Origin: Candidatus Omnitrophota bacterium
GTDB taxonomy: Bacteria; Omnitrophota; Gorgyraeia; Duberdicusellales; 4484-171
NCBI GenBank assembly: GCA_028711575.1
Contig: JAQTSA010000005.1
Location: 1-24,000, forward strand
Direction of reading: 5' to 3'
Length of the DNA stretch: 24,000 nucleotides
Shown here: positions 13,949 through 22,938 of the stretch, piece after piece
How positions within the stretch are numbered: the first letter of the stretch is position 1
Layout: every line of letters starts with the position of its first letter
Translations under genes and position numbers: made by a program
Notes under the pieces: model-generated
Seen by the model: the letters and a program-made list of their open reading frames with translations, nothing else
What the model was told of the DNA's origin: nothing
Databases searched by the model: none

Positions 13949-15922
13949 TTAAATCACGGGGTCAATAAAGTCAAAGCTTGGTTCTATAACATTAACTTCT
14001 TCGTAAGTCTCAAGCGGTAAATCATAAAAGAACATTGACGGTTGAGTCACTATCAGTCCGTTTTTAAAAGTATATTTTGTCTCAGGATAGCTGATGTATA
14101 GGTGAACCTTTGCTCTGGTTGCCGCGACATAGAAAAGTCTTCTTTCTTCTTCCAGTTGGTCTTGGGAGTTGAGGGCTTTAGGGTGGGGAAACTCGTAATT
14201 GTTAAACCCGATTAAAAATACAGCTTCCCATTCTAAGCCTTTGGACTGATGTATTGTTGAAAGGACTAACACCTCTTCTCTTTCGCCCGGTGCGATTCTT
14301 GTTTCACCTTTAAATTCTTCGAAGGCATTAAATTCAAGGAGAAACTGTTTTATCCCGGAATAACTTCTTGCCATTTTAGAAAGTTCTTCTAAATCGAGAA
14401 TGCGTTCTTCGGGGTTATCAAAGGATAAATAGCAGTGCTCTTTGTAAAAGCTTAATATTTCATTCAAAGCTTCTTCAGCGGTTGTCATTTTCTTTATTGC
14501 CTCAAGAGACAGTCGGAAATTTCTAAATCCCTGTTTGGGTCGTTTTGGCAGAGAATTTTCGATTTCGCTGAAAGGCCTTTCATTAAATATCATTTGCCAT
14601 ATTTTATGAGCGAAGGTTCGTCCTAATCCTTTTTGAAGGCATAAAACTCGTTTGTAAGAGAGTTCGTCTTTAGGGTTAACGATTATTCTAAGATAGGCTA
14701 AGGCGTCCTTGATATGAGCCTGTTCAAAAAATCGTACGCCGCCGCGGACGATGTAAGGAATGCCCCGTTTCATAAGCTCGACTTCTAGCTCTAAGGATTG
14801 AAACCGCGAGCGAAAAAGAACCGCTATTTGATTTAGAGGAATATCGTCTTGGTAAAACTCAAGTATTTTTTGGCCGATAAATTGAGCTTGCTGGTAGACA
14901 TCCTTTGTTTTAACAATTCTCGGCTTTTCATTGTCTTCTTTTACTGCCCGCAGTGTTTTGGGAAATTGGTTTATGTTGTGTTTAATTATTTCGTTAGCCA
15001 AATCTAATATTTGAGGGCTTGATCGATAATTAAGTTCTAACTTAAATATTTTTGTTTCCGGAAAAACTTTGGGAAAATCAAGGATGTTATTAATTTGGGC
15101 CGATCGGAAAGAATATATAGATTGGGCATCATCGCCAACGGCTAATATGTTTTTATGTTTTGAGGCTAACAGGTTCAAAAGTTCGAATTGTAATTGATTG
15201 GTGTCTTGATATTCATCAACTAAAATGTATTTAAACTGGTCGGAATACTTATTCCGGACGAAATCGTTTTTCAATACTTTAAGCCAATTGTTAAGCAGAT
15301 CGGAAAAATCCATAATGTTGCTCTGAATTTTTTTATGATTGTATAAATTAAGAATTCTCTTTATTGGTTCAATGAATTCTTCTAATTTCGGGTAAGAGTT
15401 TAGGATGATCTCTTTAACTTCTTTTTGAGCGTTGACTGCTAAATTCCAGATTGTAGAAAGGATATCTTTTTTTGGGAAAAGGGTTCCTTTATCGGAGTAC
15501 CCGGCTTCGGACATACAATCGGCAATGTAGCCAAGCGAGTCTTCGCGATCAATTATTGTAAAGCTGGGCGTGTATCCCAGCAAATGGGCTTCTTTTCTAA
15601 GGATAACGTTTCCGATGTGATGAAATGTTCCCGCCCAGAGTTTGGATAAGTCTGATTTAAGGACAGTCTCAGCGCGATTGACCATTTCGATTGAAGCTTT
15701 GTTGGTAAAGGTTACAAGTAAAATGTTTTCCGGATTTATTCCTTGATCTAATAAATAGGCTAACCGGTATATTAATACCCGGGTTTTTCCTGATCCGGCT
15801 CCGGCTAAAACTAAACAGGCACCGTTGGTTGCGGTAGCTACTTTGAATTGCTGAGCGTTAAGATCTTTACTGTAATCAATCGTCGATTGAGATTTGAAAG
15901 GCTTTAATTGATAGTTTTCCAT
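13949..15922 (-). CDS. UvrD/PcrA/Rep-family ATP-dependent DNA helicase (superfamily 1)
   Basis: 657-aa ORF. It carries Walker A AGAGSGKTRVLIYRLAYLL, motif II VDEYQDTNQLQFELL, plus GDDAQSIYSFRSA, NYRS, TIHQSKGLEW and YVAATRAK. Confidence 0.9.
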   Translation of the reverse strand: MENYQLKPFKSQSTIDYSKDLNAQQFKVATATNGACLVLAGAGSGKTRVLIYRLAYLLDQGINPENILLVTFTNKASIEMVNRAETVLKSDLSKLWAGTFHHIGNVILRKEAHLLGYTPSFTIIDREDSLGYIADCMSEAGYSDKGTLFPKKDILSTIWNLAVNAQKEVKEIILNSYPKLEEFIEPIKRILNLYNHKKIQSNIMDFSDLLNNWLKVLKNDFVRNKYSDQFKYILVDEYQDTNQLQFELLNLLASKHKNILAVGDDAQSIYSFRSAQINNILDFPKVFPETKIFKLELNYRSSPQILDLANEIIKHNINQFPKTLRAVKEDNEKPRIVKTKDVYQQAQFIGQKILEFYQDDIPLNQIAVLFRSRFQSLELEVELMKRGIPYIVRGGVRFFEQAHIKDALAYLRIIVNPKDELSYKRVLCLQKGLGRTFAHKIWQMIFNERPFSEIENSLPKRPKQGFRNFRLSLEAIKKMTTAEEALNEILSFYKEHCYLSFDNPEERILDLEELSKMARSYSGIKQFLLEFNAFEEFKGETRIAPGEREEVLVLSTIHQSKGLEWEAVFLIGFNNYEFPHPKALNSQDQLEEERRLFYVAATRAKVHLYISYPETKYTFKNGLIVTQPSMFFYDLPLETYEEVNVIEPSFDFIDPVI

Positions 15923-16069
15923 AGACGTTTTAGGTGATGGAATAAAAAGAATAGATTTTTTACCTTGTTTAATCCGGAAAGTATATTACCAGAAAATATC
16001 GTAAACATAAACCAAAAAATAAAAACTCACTTTTTAAAGGCTTGTTTAATATAGAAAAGTCAGAAGAGA

Positions 16070-16078
16070 GGGGGGGGG
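16070..16078. repeat. G9 homopolymer tract in the divergent helicase/DUF89 intergenic region
   Basis: The sequence is gagag-ggggggggg-tgc. It lies about 22 nt upstream of a TATAAT at 16100-16105. Confidence 0.9.
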
Positions 16079-16171
16079 TGCTTTTAAGTTAAAGCCGGTT
16101 ATAATTGGTTTTTTAATCGTCGGTAATTTTTCGTTTAATTTTAAAAAAGTCAAAAAAACTAAAAAGAAAGT

Positions 16172-17038
16172 ATGCGTTCATCAAAAAAGTGTATAGATTG
16201 TTTTTATCGTCAGGTAGATATGACCGCCGGGCTTTTAAAATTAAGCAAAGCTAAACACCAGAAAGCTAAGAAGGTAATTGAGAGAAAAATTAATTCTTTT
16301 GATTTCAGTAATCCCCCGATTGTTTTCGGCCGGGCAATCTATCGGACTCTTTCGCACATTTCGGGAGTGAGAGACCCTTTTTTATCGCAAAAAAGGCGGA
16401 TAGAAAAACAATTGCTTAATTCTATGGCCGATATCAGAAGTCTTTTGAATAATTCTCCTGATCCATTTGAACAATCGGCTAAAGCCTGTTGCGCGGCTAA
16501 TATGATTGATTTCGGCGCTGGTAAAATACCCGATCTTAGAAAATTTGTGACTGATTTAAAAAAGATAAAACTTAAAGTCAATGATTTTAAGACTTTTAAG
16601 AATAAACTTAAGGCTGCTCGCCGGATTATGGTTTTAGGGGATAATTGCGGGGAAATTTTTTTCGACAGGCTTTTTATTGAACAAATATCGCTTTTTCGCC
16701 CGGAGCTTAAAATCGTCTATGTGAGTCGATCGGCCGTGATAATAAATGATGCGACCGTTCCTGACGCCAAACGGGCGGGAATTAGCGGATTCGCTCGGAT
16801 TATTTCTTCAGGCTGCGATTATCCCGGTCTTTTACTGACGAAGACATCAGAATTGTTTCAAAAAGAGTATAAAAAAGCTGATATTGTTTTGAGTAAAGGG
16901 CAAGGCAATTTTGAGTCCTATAACGATAACCATAAAGCTGTATTTTATTTGTTTAAAGTTAAGTGTTTGCCGGTTGCCGAACAATTAAGGCTGCCCTTTA
17001 ACAGTTTGCTCTTTATTTATAATAAAACTATGCTATAA
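16172..17038 (+). CDS. DUF89-family protein (damage-control phosphatase ARMT1-like)
   Basis: 288-aa ORF. It has an N-terminal CxxC (CIDCFYRQ), a GDNCGEIFFD metal-binding motif and KGQGNFES, matching the DN.GE..D and KG..N.E signatures I associate with DUF89. Confidence 0.7.
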   Translation: MRSSKKCIDCFYRQVDMTAGLLKLSKAKHQKAKKVIERKINSFDFSNPPIVFGRAIYRTLSHISGVRDPFLSQKRRIEKQLLNSMADIRSLLNNSPDPFEQSAKACCAANMIDFGAGKIPDLRKFVTDLKKIKLKVNDFKTFKNKLKAARRIMVLGDNCGEIFFDRLFIEQISLFRPELKIVYVSRSAVIINDATVPDAKRAGISGFARIISSGCDYPGLLLTKTSELFQKEYKKADIVLSKGQGNFESYNDNHKAVFYLFKVKCLPVAEQLRLPFNSLLFIYNKTML

Positions 17039-17144
17039 TTGACTAATCTAGCCATGGAAAGACTCATCAATTCAAACGATTTTATTTGCGAGAAAGAAGA
17101 ACCCCCCGATTCTTTTTCAAATAAGGCGGTTAAACTTAAATGTT

Positions 17145-18350
17145 ATGGTTAATATAATCTTATTCATAATATTTATTGGATTATCGGCCTTTTTTTCGGC
17201 CAGTGAGACCGCTATTTTTTCTTTAAGCAATCTTCGATTAAGGCGAATCAAAGACCGCTACGCCAAAGCTAAAATCCTTACCGCCCTTTTGCGGCGGCCA
17301 ACTCATTTGCTTACTACAATTGTTTTTGGGAATATGTTGGTTAATATCGGCCTTTCGGCGATGGCTACGGCCACGTTTGTAAAACTTTTTGGCGAAACCG
17401 GATTAGTCTTTTCAATTATTGTTAGCGGTCTTTTAATTCTCTTGTTAGGAGAAATTTTTCCTAAAACTATTGCAATTTATGCTGCTGAGAAAATTTCTCT
17501 TTTGTCTTGCCCTATTTTGAAATGGATCTCTGTATTGTTTTTCCCTTTTGTTTTTGTTATTGAAAAAGTAGTAGTTTTTTTCTCTAAACTTCTTCTTTTA
17601 ACTAAAAAGCAGCTTAAACACGGAGAAGAAGAGTTAAAGACTGCTCTTTTGCTTGGCCGGCGCGGCGGTCATATTACAGCCAAAGAAGAAGAGATGATAA
17701 GCTATGTTTTGGAATTTAAAGATACCTGGGTTGGCGATATTATAACTGCCCGAGTTAATATTGTTGGGATTAATATCGATTGGCCGCAAGAAACAGTTCT
17801 AAACATTTTGCGTGAAAAACGTCATTCTAAATTTCCTGTCTATCGGGACTCAATGGACAATATTGTCGGAATCCTTTATGCTAAAGATCTTTTTCTTAAT
17901 CAGGCTAGTGATTACCATTCCTTGATCCGTGAACCGATATTTGTTCCGGAAAGTAAAAGATTAGACGATTTGCTTACTCTTTTTAGGCAAAAAAATGAAC
18001 GGATTGCGGTCGTGGTTGATGAGTATGGCGGTACTCAAGGTCTTGTAACTTTAGAGGATATCGAAGAAGAAATATTTGGTGAGATTTATGACGAGTATGA
18101 ATCTAAGTTTGAAATGATTCAAGCTATAGATAAAAATACCTATCGAGTCTCAGGGAAAGCGGCGATTAAGAATATAAACATTGAATTAGGCTATGATTTA
18201 CCGGAAGAAGAGTCGACTTTAGCCGGGTTTTTGCTTACCTATCTTGAAAGAATTCCTCAGCAAAGAGAGCGGGTGGTTTATAAAAATATAGAGTTTATTA
18301 TTGAACGGGCAACTGCTCGGCGAATAGTAAGGGTTTTAATTAAACGATGA
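17145..18350 (+). CDS. CNNM/TlyC-family membrane protein (DUF21 + CBS pair + CorC_HlyC domain), putative divalent-cation efflux or hemolysin-like
   Basis: 401-aa ORF. It has an N-terminal DUF21 with FFSASETAIFSL, four hydrophobic segments, a CBS-pair region, VVDEYGGTQGLVTLEDIEEEIFGEI, and a C-terminal CorC-like domain. Confidence 0.85.
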   Translation: MVNIILFIIFIGLSAFFSASETAIFSLSNLRLRRIKDRYAKAKILTALLRRPTHLLTTIVFGNMLVNIGLSAMATATFVKLFGETGLVFSIIVSGLLILLLGEIFPKTIAIYAAEKISLLSCPILKWISVLFFPFVFVIEKVVVFFSKLLLLTKKQLKHGEEELKTALLLGRRGGHITAKEEEMISYVLEFKDTWVGDIITARVNIVGINIDWPQETVLNILREKRHSKFPVYRDSMDNIVGILYAKDLFLNQASDYHSLIREPIFVPESKRLDDLLTLFRQKNERIAVVVDEYGGTQGLVTLEDIEEEIFGEIYDEYESKFEMIQAIDKNTYRVSGKAAIKNINIELGYDLPEEESTLAGFLLTYLERIPQQRERVVYKNIEFIIERATARRIVRVLIKR

Positions 18351-19306
18351 ATTATTTTTATCTTATTGGATGTTTTTGTTTTTTGGCTATAAATATTTTT
18401 TTTACTGTTGCTGAAATCAGTTTTATTTCTTCCAGTACTTTGCGTCTTCGCCATCGTCGAGAAAAGGGTAATAAAGCTGCCGGCCGGGCTTGCCGCTTAC
18501 TGCAGAAACCGGAAAGGTTTTTGGCAACAGCCCTTATCGGAATGAATATCACGATAGTCCTTGCTACTTCTTTTATAACTTATTTTTTTATTGAAAGCGG
18601 AATTACTCAAAACTATTTCTGGATTACTGCTTTTTTTACTCCGATAGTCGTTATTTTTGCCGAGATGATACCCAAAAATGTTGGCCGTTATTTTAAGGAA
18701 GACTTTATTTGCTGGGCTTCAGGGCCAATGCTTTTTTTTGAAACCGTTTTTATGCCTTTCATCGTTCTCTTTGAGCGGGTTAGCCGTTGGCTGGTTCGGC
18801 GGATTATTGGAAAAGTAAAAGAGCGATCGCCTTTTGTAACCAAGCAAGAAATAAAATCGCTTATTAACGAAGTTGAGCGTGGCGGGGGAATTGATCGAGG
18901 CGAGAAAGAAGCGATTGAAGAGGTTTTTCAGTTTCGTGAAAGCCGGGTTAAAGATGTTTGTCTGCGTCTAAAGAGTATCGTTGGTATTGATTATACCGAT
19001 TCTTCTGAGGTAATTCTAAAGATTATTCAAGAAAAAGGTTTTACTCGGTACCCGGTTTTTAATAATAAGGAAATAGTCGGTTATTTAAATATATATGATC
19101 TATTTTATAACCCTAAACAGGATTGGCATAGTCTTGTCCGTCCAATAACTCGTGTTGGTGTTAATCAGAAACTTTATGAAGTCTTTGCGATACTTAATTC
19201 AAAAAAAGAAAGTATTGCTTTGGTTTTTAAAGGTAAACGGGTTTATGGTATGGTTACAGTTCAGGACAGTATTCGGGAAATAATTACTTCAATAATAAAA
19301 ATGTAA
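18347..19306 (+). CDS. Second DUF21-CBS membrane protein, lacking the CorC_HlyC C-terminal domain
   Basis: 319-aa ORF whose start overlaps the upstream stop (ATGA at 18347-18350). It has DUF21 (FFTVAEISFISS, EMIPKN) followed by a CBS pair. The protein ends right after the CBS region. Confidence 0.8.
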   Translation: MNYFYLIGCFCFLAINIFFTVAEISFISSSTLRLRHRREKGNKAAGRACRLLQKPERFLATALIGMNITIVLATSFITYFFIESGITQNYFWITAFFTPIVVIFAEMIPKNVGRYFKEDFICWASGPMLFFETVFMPFIVLFERVSRWLVRRIIGKVKERSPFVTKQEIKSLINEVERGGGIDRGEKEAIEEVFQFRESRVKDVCLRLKSIVGIDYTDSSEVILKIIQEKGFTRYPVFNNKEIVGYLNIYDLFYNPKQDWHSLVRPITRVGVNQKLYEVFAILNSKKESIALVFKGKRVYGMVTVQDSIREIITSIIKM

Positions 19307-19430
19307 AAGTTCAGGATAACCATTGATATCAAAGTCTGATGGTTTTGGCTGTTGAGAGTTTTGAAGTTATTATTTTGCTTAGCTTAGTTTTATTGTTAGA
19401 TGAAATTTTTATTAGCAAGGGGTTATTTTT

Positions 19431-20156
19431 ATGATGACAAGAGACGTTCACCTGGAGGCTAAAGGCTTTCTTGATTCGTTGAAATTTAAGCCGGGTGATT
19501 TTGGCTCGGTTGCTTTAGTCAGTGGACAGAAACATAGAGCTAAATTATGTTTAGAAAGGATTGAAAATCCAGTTAAAAATTTCAGTTTTTTGGGTTATAA
19601 TTTTTGGACCGGGACTTATAAAGGTAAAAAAGTCACGGTAGGCAACGGCGGCTATTATGCCCCTGATACGGCTTTTATTACTGAGATGCTTTGCGCCGGA
19701 GGTGTCGATAGGTTAATTCGTTTGGGTTCCTGTGGTGCTTTGCGGAAAGATATTTCTGTTGGTGATTATATTTTGGCAACTGATATCATCAGAGGCGATG
19801 GCGTATCTCGTTATTATGTCGATGATGATTATGTCTCTGAAGTCGATCGGTTCTTGTCATCGCGGATTGAAAAAGTTTTTTCTAAAGGATCACGAGTCCA
19901 TTGCGGCGGAGTTTGGACGACTGACGCTTTGTTTAAAGAAACAAAAGAGATTGTTAATTCTTATATCAATAAGGGCGCTATTTCTGTTGATATGGTTACT
20001 TCTGCCTTTGTTACGGTTAGCAACGTTTACAAGAAAAAAGCGTCAGCAATTCTTGCCGTTAGTGACAATCTAATTACCGGAGAAAAGGGCTTTTCAGATG
20101 CCCGTTTTTTTGCCGCTGAATCTAAAATGTGCGAACTTGGGTTTGAGCTGATTTAA
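19431..20156 (+). CDS. Nucleoside phosphorylase, PNP/UDP family 1 (uridine or purine nucleoside phosphorylase-like)
   Basis: 241-aa ORF preceded by a GGGG SD. It contains the RLGSCGAL motif and SVDMV/AVSDN segments typical of DeoD/Udp-type phosphorylases. Confidence 0.7.
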   Translation: MMTRDVHLEAKGFLDSLKFKPGDFGSVALVSGQKHRAKLCLERIENPVKNFSFLGYNFWTGTYKGKKVTVGNGGYYAPDTAFITEMLCAGGVDRLIRLGSCGALRKDISVGDYILATDIIRGDGVSRYYVDDDYVSEVDRFLSSRIEKVFSKGSRVHCGGVWTTDALFKETKEIVNSYINKGAISVDMVTSAFVTVSNVYKKKASAILAVSDNLITGEKGFSDARFFAAESKMCELGFELI

Positions 20157-20251
20157 GAACCATTGCGGCTTTTGATTTATTTTCTTTGGCTCAAAGAACC
20201 GATGCTGTTTAAAACAACAGAAACTTTATCGATGGGAAAAAGAGAAAAGTT

Positions 20252-21247
20252 ATGAAAGTAGCTGTTTTCGGATGTGAGGCTGTCGGAAGCTTGCTTTTAG
20301 GCTATTTGAGTGAGAAAAAAACTGATCTTTACGGGGTTGTATCCGATTCGCAAAAAGATGCTCTTAACCGACACGGTCTTTTAATCGGCGGCGTACGTAA
20401 ATCAAAAATTTGTAAGGTTGAAGTTGATAGCCGTCTGCATTACAGCGTCGACATTGCCTTTTTAACGGGCAGGGTTGACGCCCTTGATTCCGTTATCAAC
20501 AATAGTTTTGAATATCTAAAAGATTCATTGATTGTAATTACTCAAAATGGTGTTGCGGCGGAAAGAGTCCTTAGGCGCTATTTTTCGGAAAATGCTATAG
20601 CTAGTGCGATAATTTTGTTTGGGGCAAGTTTTGATATGCCTAATCTGGCAAATCATGATTATGAGGGTGAGATCGTAGTTGGTAATTTTTTTGGTGTTAA
20701 TCTTAAAAAACTGGAAATGCTCAGTAATCTTTTAAGAAATGCTTTTTCACTTCGGATTGAGAAAAAAATGAAAGCGGCAAAATATATGAAATTGTTTGCT
20801 GATTTAACTCTTTCTATTCCGGCGGTTCTCGGCCAATCGATTCAAGATTCGTTTTCTGATCCAGAAGTTTCCCGGATAGGTGTTTTCTTGAATAAAGAAG
20901 CTTATTTAGTTTTATCTCAGACTGGGATTGAGCTTGGGGATTTACCTAATTATTCTCGAGAACGAATGCTGTCTTTAGTTGAACAAAAAACCAGTGAAGC
21001 GGCGTTGGTTTTGTCTAATATAATGAAAAATTTGATACCAAACCCGCTTTATGGTTCTATTTTACAGAATATAAAACTCGGCCGAAAATCTGATATTGAT
21101 TTTATAAACGGAGAGATAGTACGCTTGGCGCAGGAACATCAACTTTTGGCGCCGCTGAATAAAAAAATAGTTGAGATGGTTCATTTGGTTGAAGCAAGCG
21201 GTAAATTTGTATCTAAACAGGAATTTTTTAAAGTTTTTTCAAATTAA
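20252..21247 (+). CDS. Ketopantoate reductase (PanE/ApbA) family protein with divergent cofactor and active-site motifs
   Basis: 331-aa ORF. It aligns by eye with E. coli PanE: VFGCEAVGSL vs VLGCGALGQL, QNG vs HNG, KLFADLTLSIP vs KLAVNCVINP, and SILQNI...SDIDFINGEIV vs SMLQDI...TEIDYITGFLL. Confidence 0.65.
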   Translation: MKVAVFGCEAVGSLLLGYLSEKKTDLYGVVSDSQKDALNRHGLLIGGVRKSKICKVEVDSRLHYSVDIAFLTGRVDALDSVINNSFEYLKDSLIVITQNGVAAERVLRRYFSENAIASAIILFGASFDMPNLANHDYEGEIVVGNFFGVNLKKLEMLSNLLRNAFSLRIEKKMKAAKYMKLFADLTLSIPAVLGQSIQDSFSDPEVSRIGVFLNKEAYLVLSQTGIELGDLPNYSRERMLSLVEQKTSEAALVLSNIMKNLIPNPLYGSILQNIKLGRKSDIDFINGEIVRLAQEHQLLAPLNKKIVEMVHLVEASGKFVSKQEFFKVFSN

Positions 21248-21268
21248 AAAATAATTTTAGGAGTTAGT

Positions 21269-22078
21269 TTGAGTATGAAAGTTTATTATGACGGCTGTAT
21301 CGTTGACCGGGAAGAAGTATCTGAAGTTTTTGAGCCCGGGTTTCTTTATGGCTGGGGCGTTTTTGAGGCGATGCGTGTTTATCAGGGTAAAATTCCTTTA
21401 ATTGAGAAAAGGATAAATCGCCTGATTCAATCGGCTCAGGTTATTGGTTTAAATCCTGAGGAAATAGATTATAAAAAAGCTGTGCTAAAAATGTTGTCAG
21501 CAAACAATTTAAATAACGCTTATGTTAGAATTACTTTGTACAAAAGGCGCAAACAAACTGGAACCCTAATTTATGTCGACTCCTTAGGTTATTATCCGGC
21601 GTCTCTTTGCGGTAAAGGGTTTAGCGCGTTGATTTCATCTTATAAAAGAGATCCCGAAAGTCTTAACTCTAAGATTAAATCTTTGAGCCGCTTAGAAAAT
21701 CAGCTTGCTTGGAATGAGGCCAAAAATAAGAATAAGGGCGAGGCACTTTTATTTAATCGGCACGGTTTTTTAGCCGGCGGATCGCGAAGTAACGGTTTTT
21801 TGGTTAAAGACTCCGCGGTGATTACCCCTTCGCTTGGTTGCGGGGCTTTTAATGGTATTACCCGGGCTGTGGTAATTGAATTGTGTAAAAATAAGGGAAT
21901 AAATTTTTTAGAAAAGAAAATAACAAAAAACGAAATTTTTTCAGCTGAAGAAGCCTTTATTACCAGCTCTTTGCTCGAAGTAATGCCCTTAATTGAATGC
22001 GATGGCATAAATATTTCCGACGGTTCCGAGGGCGGGATAACCAGGATGATAAGTTCAGCTTATATCCAGTACTTATAG
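21269..22078 (+). CDS. Class IV (fold type IV) aminotransferase, PabC-like aminodeoxychorismate lyase or branched-chain aminotransferase
   Basis: 269-aa ORF. The SD AGGAG lies at 21259-21263. The start is TTG 21269 or ATG 21275. It has an FLYGWGVFE N-terminal motif, and the catalytic-Lys region IKSLSRLENQLA resembles E. coli PabC IKHLNRLEQVL. Confidence 0.7.
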   Translation: MSMKVYYDGCIVDREEVSEVFEPGFLYGWGVFEAMRVYQGKIPLIEKRINRLIQSAQVIGLNPEEIDYKKAVLKMLSANNLNNAYVRITLYKRRKQTGTLIYVDSLGYYPASLCGKGFSALISSYKRDPESLNSKIKSLSRLENQLAWNEAKNKNKGEALLFNRHGFLAGGSRSNGFLVKDSAVITPSLGCGAFNGITRAVVIELCKNKGINFLEKKITKNEIFSAEEAFITSSLLEVMPLIECDGINISDGSEGGITRMISSAYIQYL

Positions 22079-22137
22079 TCCGGAAATCGCCGCTAGTGAT
22101 AAAAAATTTGAAGTTACCTTATAAGGAGGATTGAATA

Positions 22138-22713
22138 ATGAAGTTTATCAAAGAAAAAGAAGAAATTATTAAGTGGGGACAGCTTTTGAATCAGCGTCAG
22201 CTTTTAACTGCTAAAAACGGCAACCTTTCTTTTCGGGTGGAGGATCAGCAGCTTTTAATTACTGCTCATGATTCTTATCTTGGATTTTTGGAGAAAGACG
22301 AAATTCTTCTTTGTGATTTAGAAGGAAGGCTGTTAGAATCCGATAAGCAAATAACAACTGAGAGTAATCTGCACCTCGGTATTTATAAAAGGTATCCTGA
22401 TGTCAAAGTTGTTCTTCACGCTCATTCGCCGGCGACTACCGCTTTTTTTTCGTTATTTAATGCCTTAAAAAGTTTTTCTTTTGAGACCAAGTTTTATCTT
22501 AGCGGGTTGTCAATTATACCGCAATCGGCGCCTACTGTTATCGATGTTATTCCGGTTATTGAAGCTTTATCTGAGAGTAAGATAGTAGTTCTTAAAAATC
22601 ATGGAGTAGTTGCTGTAGGAGCAAGCTTTAAAGAGGCCTTTGGCTTATTAGAGCTATTAGAAGAACAGGCAAAAATTAATTTTATGGTTAAGGCCGATAA
22701 GCTTGGGGCTTAA
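22138..22713 (+). CDS. Class II aldolase/adducin N-terminal domain protein (FucA/MtnB-like)
   Basis: 191-aa ORF preceded by the SD AAGGAGG. It contains NGNLSFRV, the metal-binding LHAHSPATTAF, and KNHGVVAVGASFKEAF. Confidence 0.8.
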   Translation: MKFIKEKEEIIKWGQLLNQRQLLTAKNGNLSFRVEDQQLLITAHDSYLGFLEKDEILLCDLEGRLLESDKQITTESNLHLGIYKRYPDVKVVLHAHSPATTAFFSLFNALKSFSFETKFYLSGLSIIPQSAPTVIDVIPVIEALSESKIVVLKNHGVVAVGASFKEAFGLLELLEEQAKINFMVKADKLGA

Positions 22714-22839
22714 AACCCCTATGATTTTCAATCTTTTGGCGGCGGGAAATTATTTTTTCCGGGTTTTATCGTTTTTTGTCCCTTGATAAGAGAATAATCC
22801 GTTGTTTTTATTCAAAAAGTTAGTGTTTTTGAATATAGT

Positions 22840-22866
22840 TTGACTTTTCGTAATTTGTTTTATAAT
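22840..22866 (+). promoter_or_regulatory. Putative glgP promoter
   Basis: TTGACT (22840-22845), a short 15-nt spacer, then TATAAT (22861-22866), about 70 nt upstream of the glgP start. Confidence 0.35.
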
Positions 22867-22938
22867 AGTAGATACGGATAAGATACCGGAGTTTAGTTAT
22901 TTTTTAGATTTTTTGTTTTTATTAAAAGGGGTAATGTT

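Noticed and set aside
17054-17152. 32-codon sORF (MERLINSNDFICEKEEPPDSFSNKAVKLKCYG) overlapping the start of the first CNNM gene
   Set aside because: It has no SD and no recognisable features, and it is below any reasonable confidence threshold. I noted only that it ends 5 nt after the downstream ATG (an overlap of 8 nt, 17145-17152).
22714-22790. Intrinsic terminator after the class II aldolase gene
   Set aside because: The best stem I can draw (ggaaa/tttcc) is only 5 bp, with mismatches beyond it. That is too weak to call, although a T-run follows.
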